DNA of 64,000 nt from an uncultured Acidobacteriota bacterium (GTDB lineage Bacteria > Acidobacteriota > Terriglobia > UBA7540). The notes under the pieces were generated by a model. That model saw nothing but the letters and a program-made list of their open reading frames with translations. It did not search any database and was not told the origin of the DNA. Position numbers and translations under genes: made by a program. Position 1 is the stretch's first letter, and each line of letters opens with the position of its first letter. Positions 49,440 to 58,910 of the stretch are shown one piece after another. The DNA is taken from contig CAWDSK010000003.1 in the NCBI GenBank assembly GCA_963804995.1, positions 800,001 to 864,000 of the forward strand, written 5' to 3'.

Positions 49440-50975
49440 ATGATAAGGAAGACTCGGTTCGGATTTCTCGGCGCGGTCGCGATTCTGACCCTGCAGGTGC
49501 TGTTCGCTACATCCCTGGCCACGGCCACAGTGTGGCACGCCGCCACAGGGGCCAAGGGTTCGGATGCGAATCCGGGCACTGCGGAACGGCCGGTCAGTAC
49601 CGTGGCCAAGGCTGTCTCCCTCGCCAAACCGGGCGACACGGTGGAGTTCTCACCCGGCACTTACCCCTGCTCCCAGGTAACGGTTCCGGATGGCCGCGCG
49701 GACCTGCCCATTCTGCTGCGGCGGGAGGGCAAGGGAAAGGTCATTTTCACCAACAACGGCAGCGGGAACATCCTGGTCGTGGGATCCTACAATACGGTGG
49801 ATGGCATCGAGTTTGAAATGGTCTCGGAGCATCCCCGGGGCGCCGGGATCAAAGTGCTCCGAAAAGAACATGTCATCATTCGTAACTGCCGTTTCTTCGC
49901 CTGCCAAATGGGAGTAAGTACCCGAAGCGCGCACTATCTCAGTATCACCAATTGCGAGATGGCATATTCCGGGGCCTATGGAATTCACATTGACGGCTCA
50001 GGACAGGACGTCCCTGGGCACTTGGATCTGACAGATGAAAACCGCTATGTTGAGGTGCGGAATTGCTACCTCCATGATGCGGGATGGAATACCGATGGCA
50101 CCGAAGGGTACGGATTCACCGCCAACGGCGCGGCGGAATACGTGGTGGTGGAGAACTGCCAGATCGACAACAACTCGGGAGACGGGATCCTGTACGAAGA
50201 CTGGACCGTGCACTCGACCGCGCGTTACAACGTCATCCGGGGGACGGGGATTGCGGCTATCTGGATAGACAACGCTAGCATGTCCATTTTCGACAGCAAT
50301 TACCTGGAGGGAAACAATGTGGGGGTGTGGCTTTCCGGCGAAGAGAGCAGCAACCGGTTCCTGGACGACTTTATTTCCATCCGCAATAACATCATAGTGC
50401 ATAACGACTGGTCTGCGATCGACCCCTCGGTGTATGGGAAAGCGATTTTCCTGATCACTTCAAATACCCGGGACACGTACTTCGACAACAATACCGTGGC
50501 CTTCAATAACTGCGAGCGGGTGGTGGGCGTACGTAAGCCTCCACCGGTAAACGAGTTCCGGAATGTCTGGTTCCGCAACAATATCTTCTGGGGAAACACG
50601 GGGGGCGTCGGCGCGGACCGAGAGGAAGACTTGGGCGGGTTTCGCTTCCTCAACAATCTCTGGGACAAGCCCTACCAGGGGGATGAACAGGCCAAAACCG
50701 GGGACCCACTGTTTGTTGACCCCCAGGCGCATAATCCGGAAGGGTACAAACTCCAGAGCAGTTCCGCGGCGCGGAGCCAGGGAATGCTCCTGTATGAGAA
50801 CCCGCTGGATTTCTGGAACGGCGCGCGGCCGCACCTCTCCAAAACCGAGAAGTACGATGTCGGCGCCCATCAATTCGGCACCACGGGCGCGGCGCACATC
50901 GGGCTTGACCTCACTACTTTCCCGTTCGAGGTGCCGGCCTACCAGCTTCGTTTCAGGGCCAGGCCGAAGCGCTAA
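49440..50975 (+). CDS. exported right-handed beta-helix protein (polysaccharide lyase-like)
   Basis: GGAGG RBS, signal peptide, GSDANPGT..RP..T...A....PGDTV....GTY, PbH1 repeats, DPLFVD, DVGA. Confidence 0.8.
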   Translation: MIRKTRFGFLGAVAILTLQVLFATSLATATVWHAATGAKGSDANPGTAERPVSTVAKAVSLAKPGDTVEFSPGTYPCSQVTVPDGRADLPILLRREGKGKVIFTNNGSGNILVVGSYNTVDGIEFEMVSEHPRGAGIKVLRKEHVIIRNCRFFACQMGVSTRSAHYLSITNCEMAYSGAYGIHIDGSGQDVPGHLDLTDENRYVEVRNCYLHDAGWNTDGTEGYGFTANGAAEYVVVENCQIDNNSGDGILYEDWTVHSTARYNVIRGTGIAAIWIDNASMSIFDSNYLEGNNVGVWLSGEESSNRFLDDFISIRNNIIVHNDWSAIDPSVYGKAIFLITSNTRDTYFDNNTVAFNNCERVVGVRKPPPVNEFRNVWFRNNIFWGNTGGVGADREEDLGGFRFLNNLWDKPYQGDEQAKTGDPLFVDPQAHNPEGYKLQSSSAARSQGMLLYENPLDFWNGARPHLSKTEKYDVGAHQFGTTGAAHIGLDLTTFPFEVPAYQLRFRARPKR

Positions 50976-51041
50976 GCCGGTATCGCCCCGTTCCACGACG
51001 AATCGGCTCGGTCCTCCGTAACATGGATAGGGACAATTGAC

Positions 51042-52949
51042 ATGAAAGAAACAATGAAGAACACCCTGGGGCGTCGAGAATTTATCGACACATTATTGGC
51101 CGGCGGCAGCCTTGCCGGGTTCGGCCTGGGGCGGGACCAGCGGGGCCAGGGCCCGTCGACCGCGGAACATACCTTTGGATGGAAGGGCGAACACTTCCTG
51201 CTGGACGGAAAACCCTTTCAGATAATCTCCGGCGAAATGCACTACGCGCGGGTGCCGCGTGCCTACTGGCGCGACCGCCTGCGCAAGATCAGGGCGATGG
51301 GACTCAACACGGTTTGCACCTATATGTTCTGGAACGTGCATGAGCCGGAGCCGGGCAAATTCAACTTCGAAGGAAACCTGGATGCCGCGACTTTTGTCCG
51401 CACCGCGCAAGAGGAAGGACTCTGGGTCCTGTTAAGGCCTGGTCCCTACTCGTGCGCGGAGTGGGACTTCGGCGGATTTCCGGGCCGCCTGCTTGCGAAT
51501 CCGGACATGAAAGTCAGAAGCCCGGACCCGCGTTTCCTCGAAGCTGCGGCAAGGTACATGCATGAGGTAGGCAAGCAACTGGGGCCACTGCAGATTACGC
51601 GTGGCGGACCCATCCTCATGGTCCAGGTGGAAAATGAGTACGGCTCGTTCGGCAAGGATAAAGTGTATTTGAATGCCGTTCGCCAGATGATTCGCGACGC
51701 CGGCTTCGACGTGACCCTCTACACGTCCGACGGCTCGCAACCCGAGGATCTGAGCGGAGGAACCCTGCCGGAGGCGCTCTCCGCCATCAACTTCGGTGCA
51801 ACCGACAATCCAGCGCCTGAATTCGCCAACTTTGCCAGGTTCCGTCAGAACGTGCCGCGCATGTGCGGCGAGTTCTGGGTCGGTTGGTTTGACCACTGGG
51901 GCGAGCAACATCACGTCATCTCGCCACAGGTTGCGGCCAAGGGACTCGACTGGATGCTCTCCCGTGGCATTTCCGTAAGTCTCTACATGGTGCACGGCGG
52001 CACTTCGTTCGGCTTCATGAGCGGAGCGAACTACAGCCGCGCTTACCAGCCCGACATCTCAAGCTATGATTACGATGCACCTCTCGACGAGGCCGGCCGC
52101 CCCACCAAAAAGTTCTTCGCTTTGGGTGAGGTCATTCGCAAGTACCTGCCGGCCGGAACGAAACTACCTCCTCTCCCCGAGCCTCTGCCCATCATTGCCA
52201 TCCCGCGTTTTGAGCTGAAGGAAAGGTCAGACATAGGTTATCTCCTGGGCCCACCGGTGCAGTCCGAGAGGCCGCGGACGATGGAGGCGCTGGGGCAGTC
52301 CTATGGCTTCATTCTTTACCGCGCGAAGTTGGATAAGGCGATGCGCGGCCGGCTGGTGATCAAGGAGGTAAGAGACTACGCCGTGGTCTACCAAGGAGGC
52401 CGTCGGCTGGGGACTCTGGACCGCCGCCTGCACCAAGCCAGCCTCAACGTGGACTTGGCGACCGGCTACCTGGACATCCTGGTGGAAAACATGGGTCGAA
52501 TTAACTTTGGCCCGCACCTCGTGGACGATCGCAAGGGAATCACCGAACGTGTCACGGTCGATGGCCAGGAACTAACTCCCTGGGAGATGTACCCGCTGCC
52601 GCTCGAAAACCTGTCGTCACTCGCTTTCTCTTCGGTGACTGAAGCGGCGCCGCGGTCCTCCAGCAAAACTCCGACCGGTCCGACATTCTACCGAGGCGCT
52701 TTCGATTTGGATTCGATAGGCGATACTTTTCTCGACATGCGCGGATGGGGCAAAGGATATGTTTGGATGAACGGCCATAACCTCGGGCGCTATTGGCGCG
52801 TCGGCCCGCAGCAGAGCTTGTTTGTTCCCGCCCCGTGGCTGAAGAAGGGCAAGAATGAAGTCATCGTCCTGGATCTTGAGGAAGCCCAAGGGAGGTTGCT
52901 CGAAGGGCGCAAGGAAGCGGTATGGGGAACTCAGGTTAGTGCGGGTTAA
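51042..52949 (+). CDS. GH35 beta-galactosidase
   Basis: ISGEMHYAR, LRPGPY.CAEW..GG, QVENEYG, EFWVGWFDHWG, YMVHGGT.FG, SYDYDAP; GRREFI leader. Confidence 0.95.
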   Translation: MKETMKNTLGRREFIDTLLAGGSLAGFGLGRDQRGQGPSTAEHTFGWKGEHFLLDGKPFQIISGEMHYARVPRAYWRDRLRKIRAMGLNTVCTYMFWNVHEPEPGKFNFEGNLDAATFVRTAQEEGLWVLLRPGPYSCAEWDFGGFPGRLLANPDMKVRSPDPRFLEAAARYMHEVGKQLGPLQITRGGPILMVQVENEYGSFGKDKVYLNAVRQMIRDAGFDVTLYTSDGSQPEDLSGGTLPEALSAINFGATDNPAPEFANFARFRQNVPRMCGEFWVGWFDHWGEQHHVISPQVAAKGLDWMLSRGISVSLYMVHGGTSFGFMSGANYSRAYQPDISSYDYDAPLDEAGRPTKKFFALGEVIRKYLPAGTKLPPLPEPLPIIAIPRFELKERSDIGYLLGPPVQSERPRTMEALGQSYGFILYRAKLDKAMRGRLVIKEVRDYAVVYQGGRRLGTLDRRLHQASLNVDLATGYLDILVENMGRINFGPHLVDDRKGITERVTVDGQELTPWEMYPLPLENLSSLAFSSVTEAAPRSSSKTPTGPTFYRGAFDLDSIGDTFLDMRGWGKGYVWMNGHNLGRYWRVGPQQSLFVPAPWLKKGKNEVIVLDLEEAQGRLLEGRKEAVWGTQVSAG

Positions 52950-53413
52950 AGAGAATCAATCTCCCCGGAGGCGCGGGAAGAATTGGCATGTTAGAGGTGA
53001 ACACTTCCGCCCTCGGTTTTTTCATCTTGTGTCCCACGGGGCCTAAATTTGGTGGGAACTAGCCCGCTATACCCCGCTAATGCGCACTACTGGGACGATG
53101 GAGCCTGCCGCCGGTGGCTGGGTCATCAGACATATTGGCTGAAACCAGCGAGCTTGGGGCACCCACGGCAAGCTGCGGCGCAGGTCCATTTTGGCCGCAT
53201 GACTGAACAAATCTTCCAGCGGAATGGACAAGTGGTGCGTTTTACCCCGCTTTATGTTTGCTGAGTGAACAATACTCGGATACAGTCGGGCGACTTCCTT
53301 CTGGGCGCTTCCACCGGTTGCCGAGCGCCCAGAGGGCACCAGCAGCTATGGCGAGATGTCACCCCCGCGACCTCTCCGCCACGGCGCCAGGAATTCTGTC
53401 GGAGGGCACTGAA

Positions 53414-53707
53414 ATGAAGAAGGCGAAGCGCATTTCTCGACGAGCTTTTCTCGCGGCCGCATCGGCGGTCAGCGGCATGGCAGCCACCTCACACCCGACC
53501 CTGGCATCGAGTTCGACGGACAAGCCCGCGCTGCTGGGAGGCCCGCCCGTCCGCACGGACCCTTTCCCTTCACCCTCGTGGCCGATTTACGGGGCGGAAG
53601 AGGAACAGGCTCTGGTGGACGCAGTGCGCAGCGGGAGTTGGTTCCGCGGGTATAGCGAACCATCGACCGTGAAGCGGTTTGAGGCCGCCGAGTTAGCCAA
53701 AGCCTGA
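53414..53707 (+). pseudogene. N-terminal fragment of a second Tat-signal DegT-family aminotransferase
   Basis: SRRAFL leader, PALLGG.PVR, WP.....E...L...V.SG.W, V.RFE, then premature stop. Confidence 0.75.
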
Positions 53708-53737
53708 TCGCAGGATTATGATAGGGGTGAACATCAA

Positions 53738-55069
53738 ATGGAAAAGTACAAACAATCCGCCGAACTCTTCACGAAAAACCGCAACTTCATTCCGGGAGGC
53801 GTGGTTTCTGTCAATCGCGCCACGCAACCGGAGATCGCGTTCAACAAAGGGCAAGGTGCTTACCTCTGGGATGTCGATGGCAATCGGTACATTGATTACC
53901 ACGCGGCGTTTGCCCCCCATTTCCTGGGGCACAATGATCCTGAGGTTACTGAGGCTGTCATCCGGGTATTGCGCGAGGGGGCAAGCCTTTATGGATCCGG
54001 AACCACGGTCCTGGAGGGCCGGCTGGCCAGGCTGCTTTGCACGCATATTCCCTGGGTTCAAACCGTCCAATTCTTGAACACGGGAAGTGAAGCCACCTAC
54101 CAGGCCATCCGCGTAGCGCGTGCTGCGACGGGAAGGGACAACGTCATCGTCATGCAGGGGGGATACAACGGCTGGCACAACGATGTGGCGTGCAACCTGA
54201 TGACGCCCTTAGAGCGGCTGGGACCGCGCCTTTCGCCCGGTGAATATCCCTTCGTGCCCATCAGCTCCGGAATACCAATCGCCCACCAGAAGCTGATCCA
54301 TCCCATCAACTTCAACGATCTCGCCTCCGTCGAATATGTTTGCGAGAAATATCCCATTGCCGCACTTATAACTGAGCCCATCCTGCAAAACCTGGGAATC
54401 ATTAAGCCCGCTCCGGATTATTTGCAGGGACTGCGACGGTTAGCCGATCATTACGGGTTTGTGTTGATCTTCGACGAAGTCAAAACCGGCTTCCGGCACG
54501 GTGTCCGTGGTTATGCAGGGATCGCGGGCGTCGCCCCCGACCTGGTGGTTTACGGCAAGGCCGTGGCCAACGGTTATCCCATGGCGGTAGTGGGTGGGAA
54601 GAAGGAATTGATGGATTTCTTCGTCCATCCTGACCCTCAAAAACGCGCCCTTCTGGCCGGCACCTACAACGCTCACCCCGTCCCCACCATCGCGGCCATT
54701 GCTACGATCGAGCGCCTGCTGCGGGACGATGGCGCGGTCTATCGGCATGTCGAACTGCTGGGCGGCGAAATGCAACAAGGCCTGGAAGCCATCTTCGCCA
54801 AGCTGGGTTTGACTGCCGTGGTGGCACGCCAGGGCTCCGCTTTCTGTATCTATTTTATGGATCATTGTCCACAGGATTGGCATGACCTGGCCTCCCACCA
54901 TGATTTCACACGCGATGAACGGATGCGGCTGGGGCTGATTGAGCGGGGTGTCTATTTCTTCCCCCTGGCCGTAAAGCAATGCTCCATCTCCTTTGCTCAC
55001 ACTCGGGAGGACGTGCAGTTCACCCTGGAGCAAGTCCAGAAAACCTTGAACTCGACCCTGGAGAAGTAA
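53738..55069 (+). CDS. class III PLP aminotransferase, glutamate-1-semialdehyde aminomutase-like
   Basis: PGGV.S..R, G.GAYLWDVDGN.YIDY, NTGSEAT, LIFDEVKTGFR, YGKAVANGYP, AGTYNAHP; divergent from canonical HemL. Confidence 0.88.
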   Translation: MEKYKQSAELFTKNRNFIPGGVVSVNRATQPEIAFNKGQGAYLWDVDGNRYIDYHAAFAPHFLGHNDPEVTEAVIRVLREGASLYGSGTTVLEGRLARLLCTHIPWVQTVQFLNTGSEATYQAIRVARAATGRDNVIVMQGGYNGWHNDVACNLMTPLERLGPRLSPGEYPFVPISSGIPIAHQKLIHPINFNDLASVEYVCEKYPIAALITEPILQNLGIIKPAPDYLQGLRRLADHYGFVLIFDEVKTGFRHGVRGYAGIAGVAPDLVVYGKAVANGYPMAVVGGKKELMDFFVHPDPQKRALLAGTYNAHPVPTIAAIATIERLLRDDGAVYRHVELLGGEMQQGLEAIFAKLGLTAVVARQGSAFCIYFMDHCPQDWHDLASHHDFTRDERMRLGLIERGVYFFPLAVKQCSISFAHTREDVQFTLEQVQKTLNSTLEK

Positions 55070-55074
55070 ACCCC

Positions 55075-57201
55075 ATGCGTTCCATGAGGCGTGACTTGGG
55101 GAAGTCCTTTTGGCGCGTGCGGCCGCAGCTTGACCCGCCGCGGATGCTCGCGCTCGCACTGTTTGTGGCGCTGGCTGGGTGGGGCGCCGCACCCCTCCGG
55201 GCCGCTGAGGCCTTCCAGCCGCGTGCCGTGCCCCTGGTGACCACCGACCCTTACTTCAGCATCTGGTCGTTTGCGGACCACCTCACGGACGACGTTACCC
55301 GCCACTGGACCGGCACGCCGCAATCCCTTGAAAGCATGGTCAGGATCGATGGCGCCTCCTACCGGATTATGGGCAGGACCCCGCTTGAAGAGGCTCTGCC
55401 ACAAGTGGGGCTGACCGTCTTTCCCACCCGCACGATTTATGAATTCGAAGGAGCGGGAGTCCACGTTACGCTGACCTTCCTCACCCCGCTCCTGCCCCGC
55501 GACCTGGAGGTCTTCTCCCGCCCCGTCACTTATCTGATTTGGGAAGTCCGTGCCGTGGACGGCCGCGAGCACCAGGTTTCCGTTTACTACGCCAACTCCG
55601 CTCAGCTCGTTGTCAACACGGAAGACCAGCCGGTAGTGTGGTCGCGTGAAACCATCGGTGATCTCAGGGTTCTGCGCATGGGATCGAAGGCGCAACCGGT
55701 TCTGGCCAAATCCGGTGATAATCTCCGCATCGACTGGGGCTACCTGTATGCGGCCGCGCCGATCAGCGAGAAGGCTTCGGGCGCCCTCGCGAGTGCTGAT
55801 TCCCAACACCGGGAGTTTGTGGAAAAGGGCAGCCTGCCTAGGGCGGACGTACCTGCCATGCCCCGCCCCGCCCAGGGCGCACCCCTGATGGCTTGGGCGT
55901 TCGATATGGGCCAGGTGGGCGCGGAGCCCGTGGCCCGGCATCTTATCCTGGCTTACGATGATGTCAGTTCCATCGAATACTTTCACCAGCCGCTGCGCGC
56001 GTATTGGCGCCGCAACGGTGCGCAGGCTGCCGATCTCCTCACGACGGCCGAGCGGGATTACAACTCGCTGCGGACCGAAAGCGAGCAGTTCGATCGACAT
56101 CTCATGGAGGACCTTACGCGGGTGGGCGGGGAGAAATACGCGCGTCTCGCGGCGCTAGCTTACCGGCAAGGCCTGGCCGCGCACAAGCTGGTGGCGGCCC
56201 CCGACGGCCAGACCCCTTACTACTTTCCCAAAGAGAATTTCAGTTGCGGTTGTATCGCTACCGTGGACGTCATCTATCCGGCAGCGCCCGTGCTGTTACT
56301 TTTGAATCCGCGCCTCCTGGAGGCATCGCTCGCGCCGGTAATGGACTACGTCAAGTCAGGAAAGTGGCCTCTTCCCTACGCGCCGCACGACCTCGGCATC
56401 TATCCACTCGCCAATGGAGTTGACCCCGCCAAAATCGAAACGATGCCCGTGGAGGAATCCGGCAACATGCTCATCCTCTTCGCCGCCATCGCCAAGGCCG
56501 AGGGAAACACCGCATTCGCTGAAAAGTACGCGTCCATTCTCGAGACATGGGCCGATTACCTTGTCGAGAAAGGGCTTGATCCCGAAAACCAACTTTGCAC
56601 CGATGACTTCGCGGGACACCTGGCGCACAACACGAATCTCTCCATTAAAGCCATCCTCGGCCTGGGCTCCTACGCCGCGATCCTCGAGATGCAGGGGAAA
56701 AGAGAGTCAGCCGGCCGGTACCGTGCCAAAGCGCAGGAATTCGCCAAGCGCTGGGTGGAGATGGCAGGCGACGGCGACCATTACCGCCTGGCCTTTGATA
56801 AGCCCGGCACTTGGAGCCAGAAGTACAATCTGGTGTGGGACAAGATTCTGGGGTTGAATCTCTTTCCTCCGGAAGTCGCTCGCAAGGAAATCGCCTTTTA
56901 CGAAACGCGCCTCAACCGCGACGGCTTGCCCCTCGATAGCCGCAAAAGTTATACGAAACTCGATTGGGAGCTTTGGACCGCCACCCTGGCGGAATCACCC
57001 GCGGATTGGGAAAAACTTGTCGCCCCGGTCTACGATTGGGTCAGCCGATCACCCACCCGGGTTCCCCTCACCGACTGGTATTGGACCCGCGATGGCGCGC
57101 AGGTGGGATTCCAAGCGCGTTCCGTAGTGGGAGGAATCTTCATCAAGATGCTGTCGGATCCCGCTACCTGGAAGTCCTGGTCCGACCGGACGAGCCACTG
57201 A
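55075..57201 (+). CDS. glutaminase A (GtaA)-like DUF4964/DUF5127/DUF4965/DUF1793 protein, (alpha/alpha)6 GH-like
   Basis: AVPLVT.DPYFSIWS, RIDWGY.Y, KENFS.G...TVDV.YP, APHDLG.YP, MPVEESGNM, NQLCTDDFAG, WSQKYNLVWD, YTKLDW, FQARSVVGG. Confidence 0.85.
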   Translation: MRSMRRDLGKSFWRVRPQLDPPRMLALALFVALAGWGAAPLRAAEAFQPRAVPLVTTDPYFSIWSFADHLTDDVTRHWTGTPQSLESMVRIDGASYRIMGRTPLEEALPQVGLTVFPTRTIYEFEGAGVHVTLTFLTPLLPRDLEVFSRPVTYLIWEVRAVDGREHQVSVYYANSAQLVVNTEDQPVVWSRETIGDLRVLRMGSKAQPVLAKSGDNLRIDWGYLYAAAPISEKASGALASADSQHREFVEKGSLPRADVPAMPRPAQGAPLMAWAFDMGQVGAEPVARHLILAYDDVSSIEYFHQPLRAYWRRNGAQAADLLTTAERDYNSLRTESEQFDRHLMEDLTRVGGEKYARLAALAYRQGLAAHKLVAAPDGQTPYYFPKENFSCGCIATVDVIYPAAPVLLLLNPRLLEASLAPVMDYVKSGKWPLPYAPHDLGIYPLANGVDPAKIETMPVEESGNMLILFAAIAKAEGNTAFAEKYASILETWADYLVEKGLDPENQLCTDDFAGHLAHNTNLSIKAILGLGSYAAILEMQGKRESAGRYRAKAQEFAKRWVEMAGDGDHYRLAFDKPGTWSQKYNLVWDKILGLNLFPPEVARKEIAFYETRLNRDGLPLDSRKSYTKLDWELWTATLAESPADWEKLVAPVYDWVSRSPTRVPLTDWYWTRDGAQVGFQARSVVGGIFIKMLSDPATWKSWSDRTSH

Positions 57202-57492
57202 GCTGATACTCCATCGGTATTGGGAGAAAAAGATCAATGAGGCAGCACGGAGCGGGACATCGATTCGGCAGTTTTGTAGGTAGCGCCGGTTGAAAGAGAG
57301 CCAATTCTACTGGTGGCAGCACGCTGGCTTTAGAACAAAAGTACCCCCCGTAGAGCGCCCTTACCAACTCCACGCAGTGAACCCAGCTCCCAGCAGAGCC
57401 ATCAATAACGCACCAACCCCTTGTTTCCCGCGAGGGACAGTTCAACCTCCGCGCCACCCGCGAGACTCCTTACCCGATCGACCAGCAGGGCC

Positions 57493-57987
57493 CTACTTCG
57501 GCAACTCGTATTCGCCCTCGCCTTCCCAAGTTGACGTACCGTCAGCGGCACCTTTGCCTTTGCTGGTCGCCTTGCCCTTAAGCCCTTTGAGTTTCCCGCT
57601 GCCGCCCACGAAGGTCGCTGTGCATTCCCCGTTTTCCGTCGCGCCCTCCTTCAGGACGAAAGAGCATTGGAGACGGCCGTAGAACTTGTCTCCGTTAGTC
57701 ATCGTGCCGATTCCATATCCTTGGACACGCGCGCGATTGCCGCTGACTTCGCTGAATTCCGTATAGACGTCCTCCTTGCTTTGCACTCCCGCGATTTCGA
57801 GGGGTTTGGTCCAAGTACACTTAGTCTGGCTGATCACAAATGAATGGTTGGGGCGATCACCCACATCGATAGCGTGCTGTTGGTCGGGTTTGCCACACTG
57901 CAACGTACCCGAAATCTTGGTCTGCGCCCTGGCGACTGCGGCCAGCGCGAAAACGATGAGAAACGCAAACATGATCTTTGCCTTCAT
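57493..57987 (-). CDS. exported hypothetical beta-barrel protein
   Basis: AAGGAGG RBS, signal peptide (ARA), NGDK.Y and GG.GK..G.KG motifs. Confidence 0.75.
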   Translation of the reverse strand: MKAKIMFAFLIVFALAAVARAQTKISGTLQCGKPDQQHAIDVGDRPNHSFVISQTKCTWTKPLEIAGVQSKEDVYTEFSEVSGNRARVQGYGIGTMTNGDKFYGRLQCSFVLKEGATENGECTATFVGGSGKLKGLKGKATSKGKGAADGTSTWEGEGEYELPK

Positions 57988-58000
57988 ATAACCTCCTTGG

Positions 58001-58474
58001 CTATTTCGTCAATTCGAACTCATCGATGCAGGGTTGGTCGGGTGCTGAGCGGAACTTCAGACGACCGGAAAGCTGTGGGAAGGTTTTCTTCAATTCGGCA
58101 AGCTCTACCGCCACCGACTGGCTGCATGCAGCCTCGATGGTCTGGTCGTCCAACCCTGCGTTCTTGAATCCTTCGTAGAAAGGGCACTGGAAGCATTTCA
58201 CTTTTATTGACGTGGGCGTCTCTTCAAGCTCATAAGTATACCCACATATCTGGTAGAGCCCGGAGCCGACCGAAGCGAGTGTCTTCATGTCGAACTCTTT
58301 GTCGCCCAACCGTTCCTTGACCGCCCTGGCCACCATGGCGCCGACGACTTCACCATGCTTGGCGTACAGCGAAAGGGCCTTTTCCAGGCCGATCTCATTG
58401 GCAACGTCTTTAAAGAATCCACCCAGTAAGGTGGACATGGCCTTAGCCGCATTGAACGCATCTTCTGTCGCCAT
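58001..58474 (-). CDS. ATC-hydrolase/V4R-like small Cys-containing protein
   Basis: GGAGGAG RBS, G.EKA, CFQCPFY...K..G, C...., PC motifs. Confidence 0.65.
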   Translation of the reverse strand: MATEDAFNAAKAMSTLLGGFFKDVANEIGLEKALSLYAKHGEVVGAMVARAVKERLGDKEFDMKTLASVGSGLYQICGYTYELEETPTSIKVKCFQCPFYEGFKNAGLDDQTIEAACSQSVAVELAELKKTFPQLSGRLKFRSAPDQPCIDEFELTK

Positions 58475-58910
58475 AGCTCCTCCTCCTTCTTTCGTCATTT
58501 CCGTTGCTTCCGACCGCCGCTGCGAATCCCGGGACTTCGGACCCGCGCAGAGGACGGGCCACTACGTCATTCGTCATCTATGTTGCCGCTGCGCAGATGT
58601 GGCGGGCCCTACTGACCGCAAGCACCAGGAGACACGGCTGAGGGCGGCGCCGCTGGGATTGCCACCTCAGCCGCGCTGTCGCCAACCAGCTCTGCGAGAA
58701 GGCGGTCATAAGAACGTTCGTTGCCCGCCACATGGCTACTTTCTGCGGCGGCACCTCCATGGTGTCAGTGAGATACGCCGATGCTACGCGCCGTCCAGCG
58801 CTAAGTCAAGCGAGCCTATCGGGGCAGATGGGCTCACCGGACGGTTACGCGCAATTAATGGACGCTACCACCGAGGCAGGACCGCTGGAGCTTCACAGCC
58901 TATTTGCCCC

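Noticed and set aside
53738..55069. Naming this gene hemL
   Set aside because: Divergent motifs and catabolic context; left as a GSA-aminomutase-like class III aminotransferase
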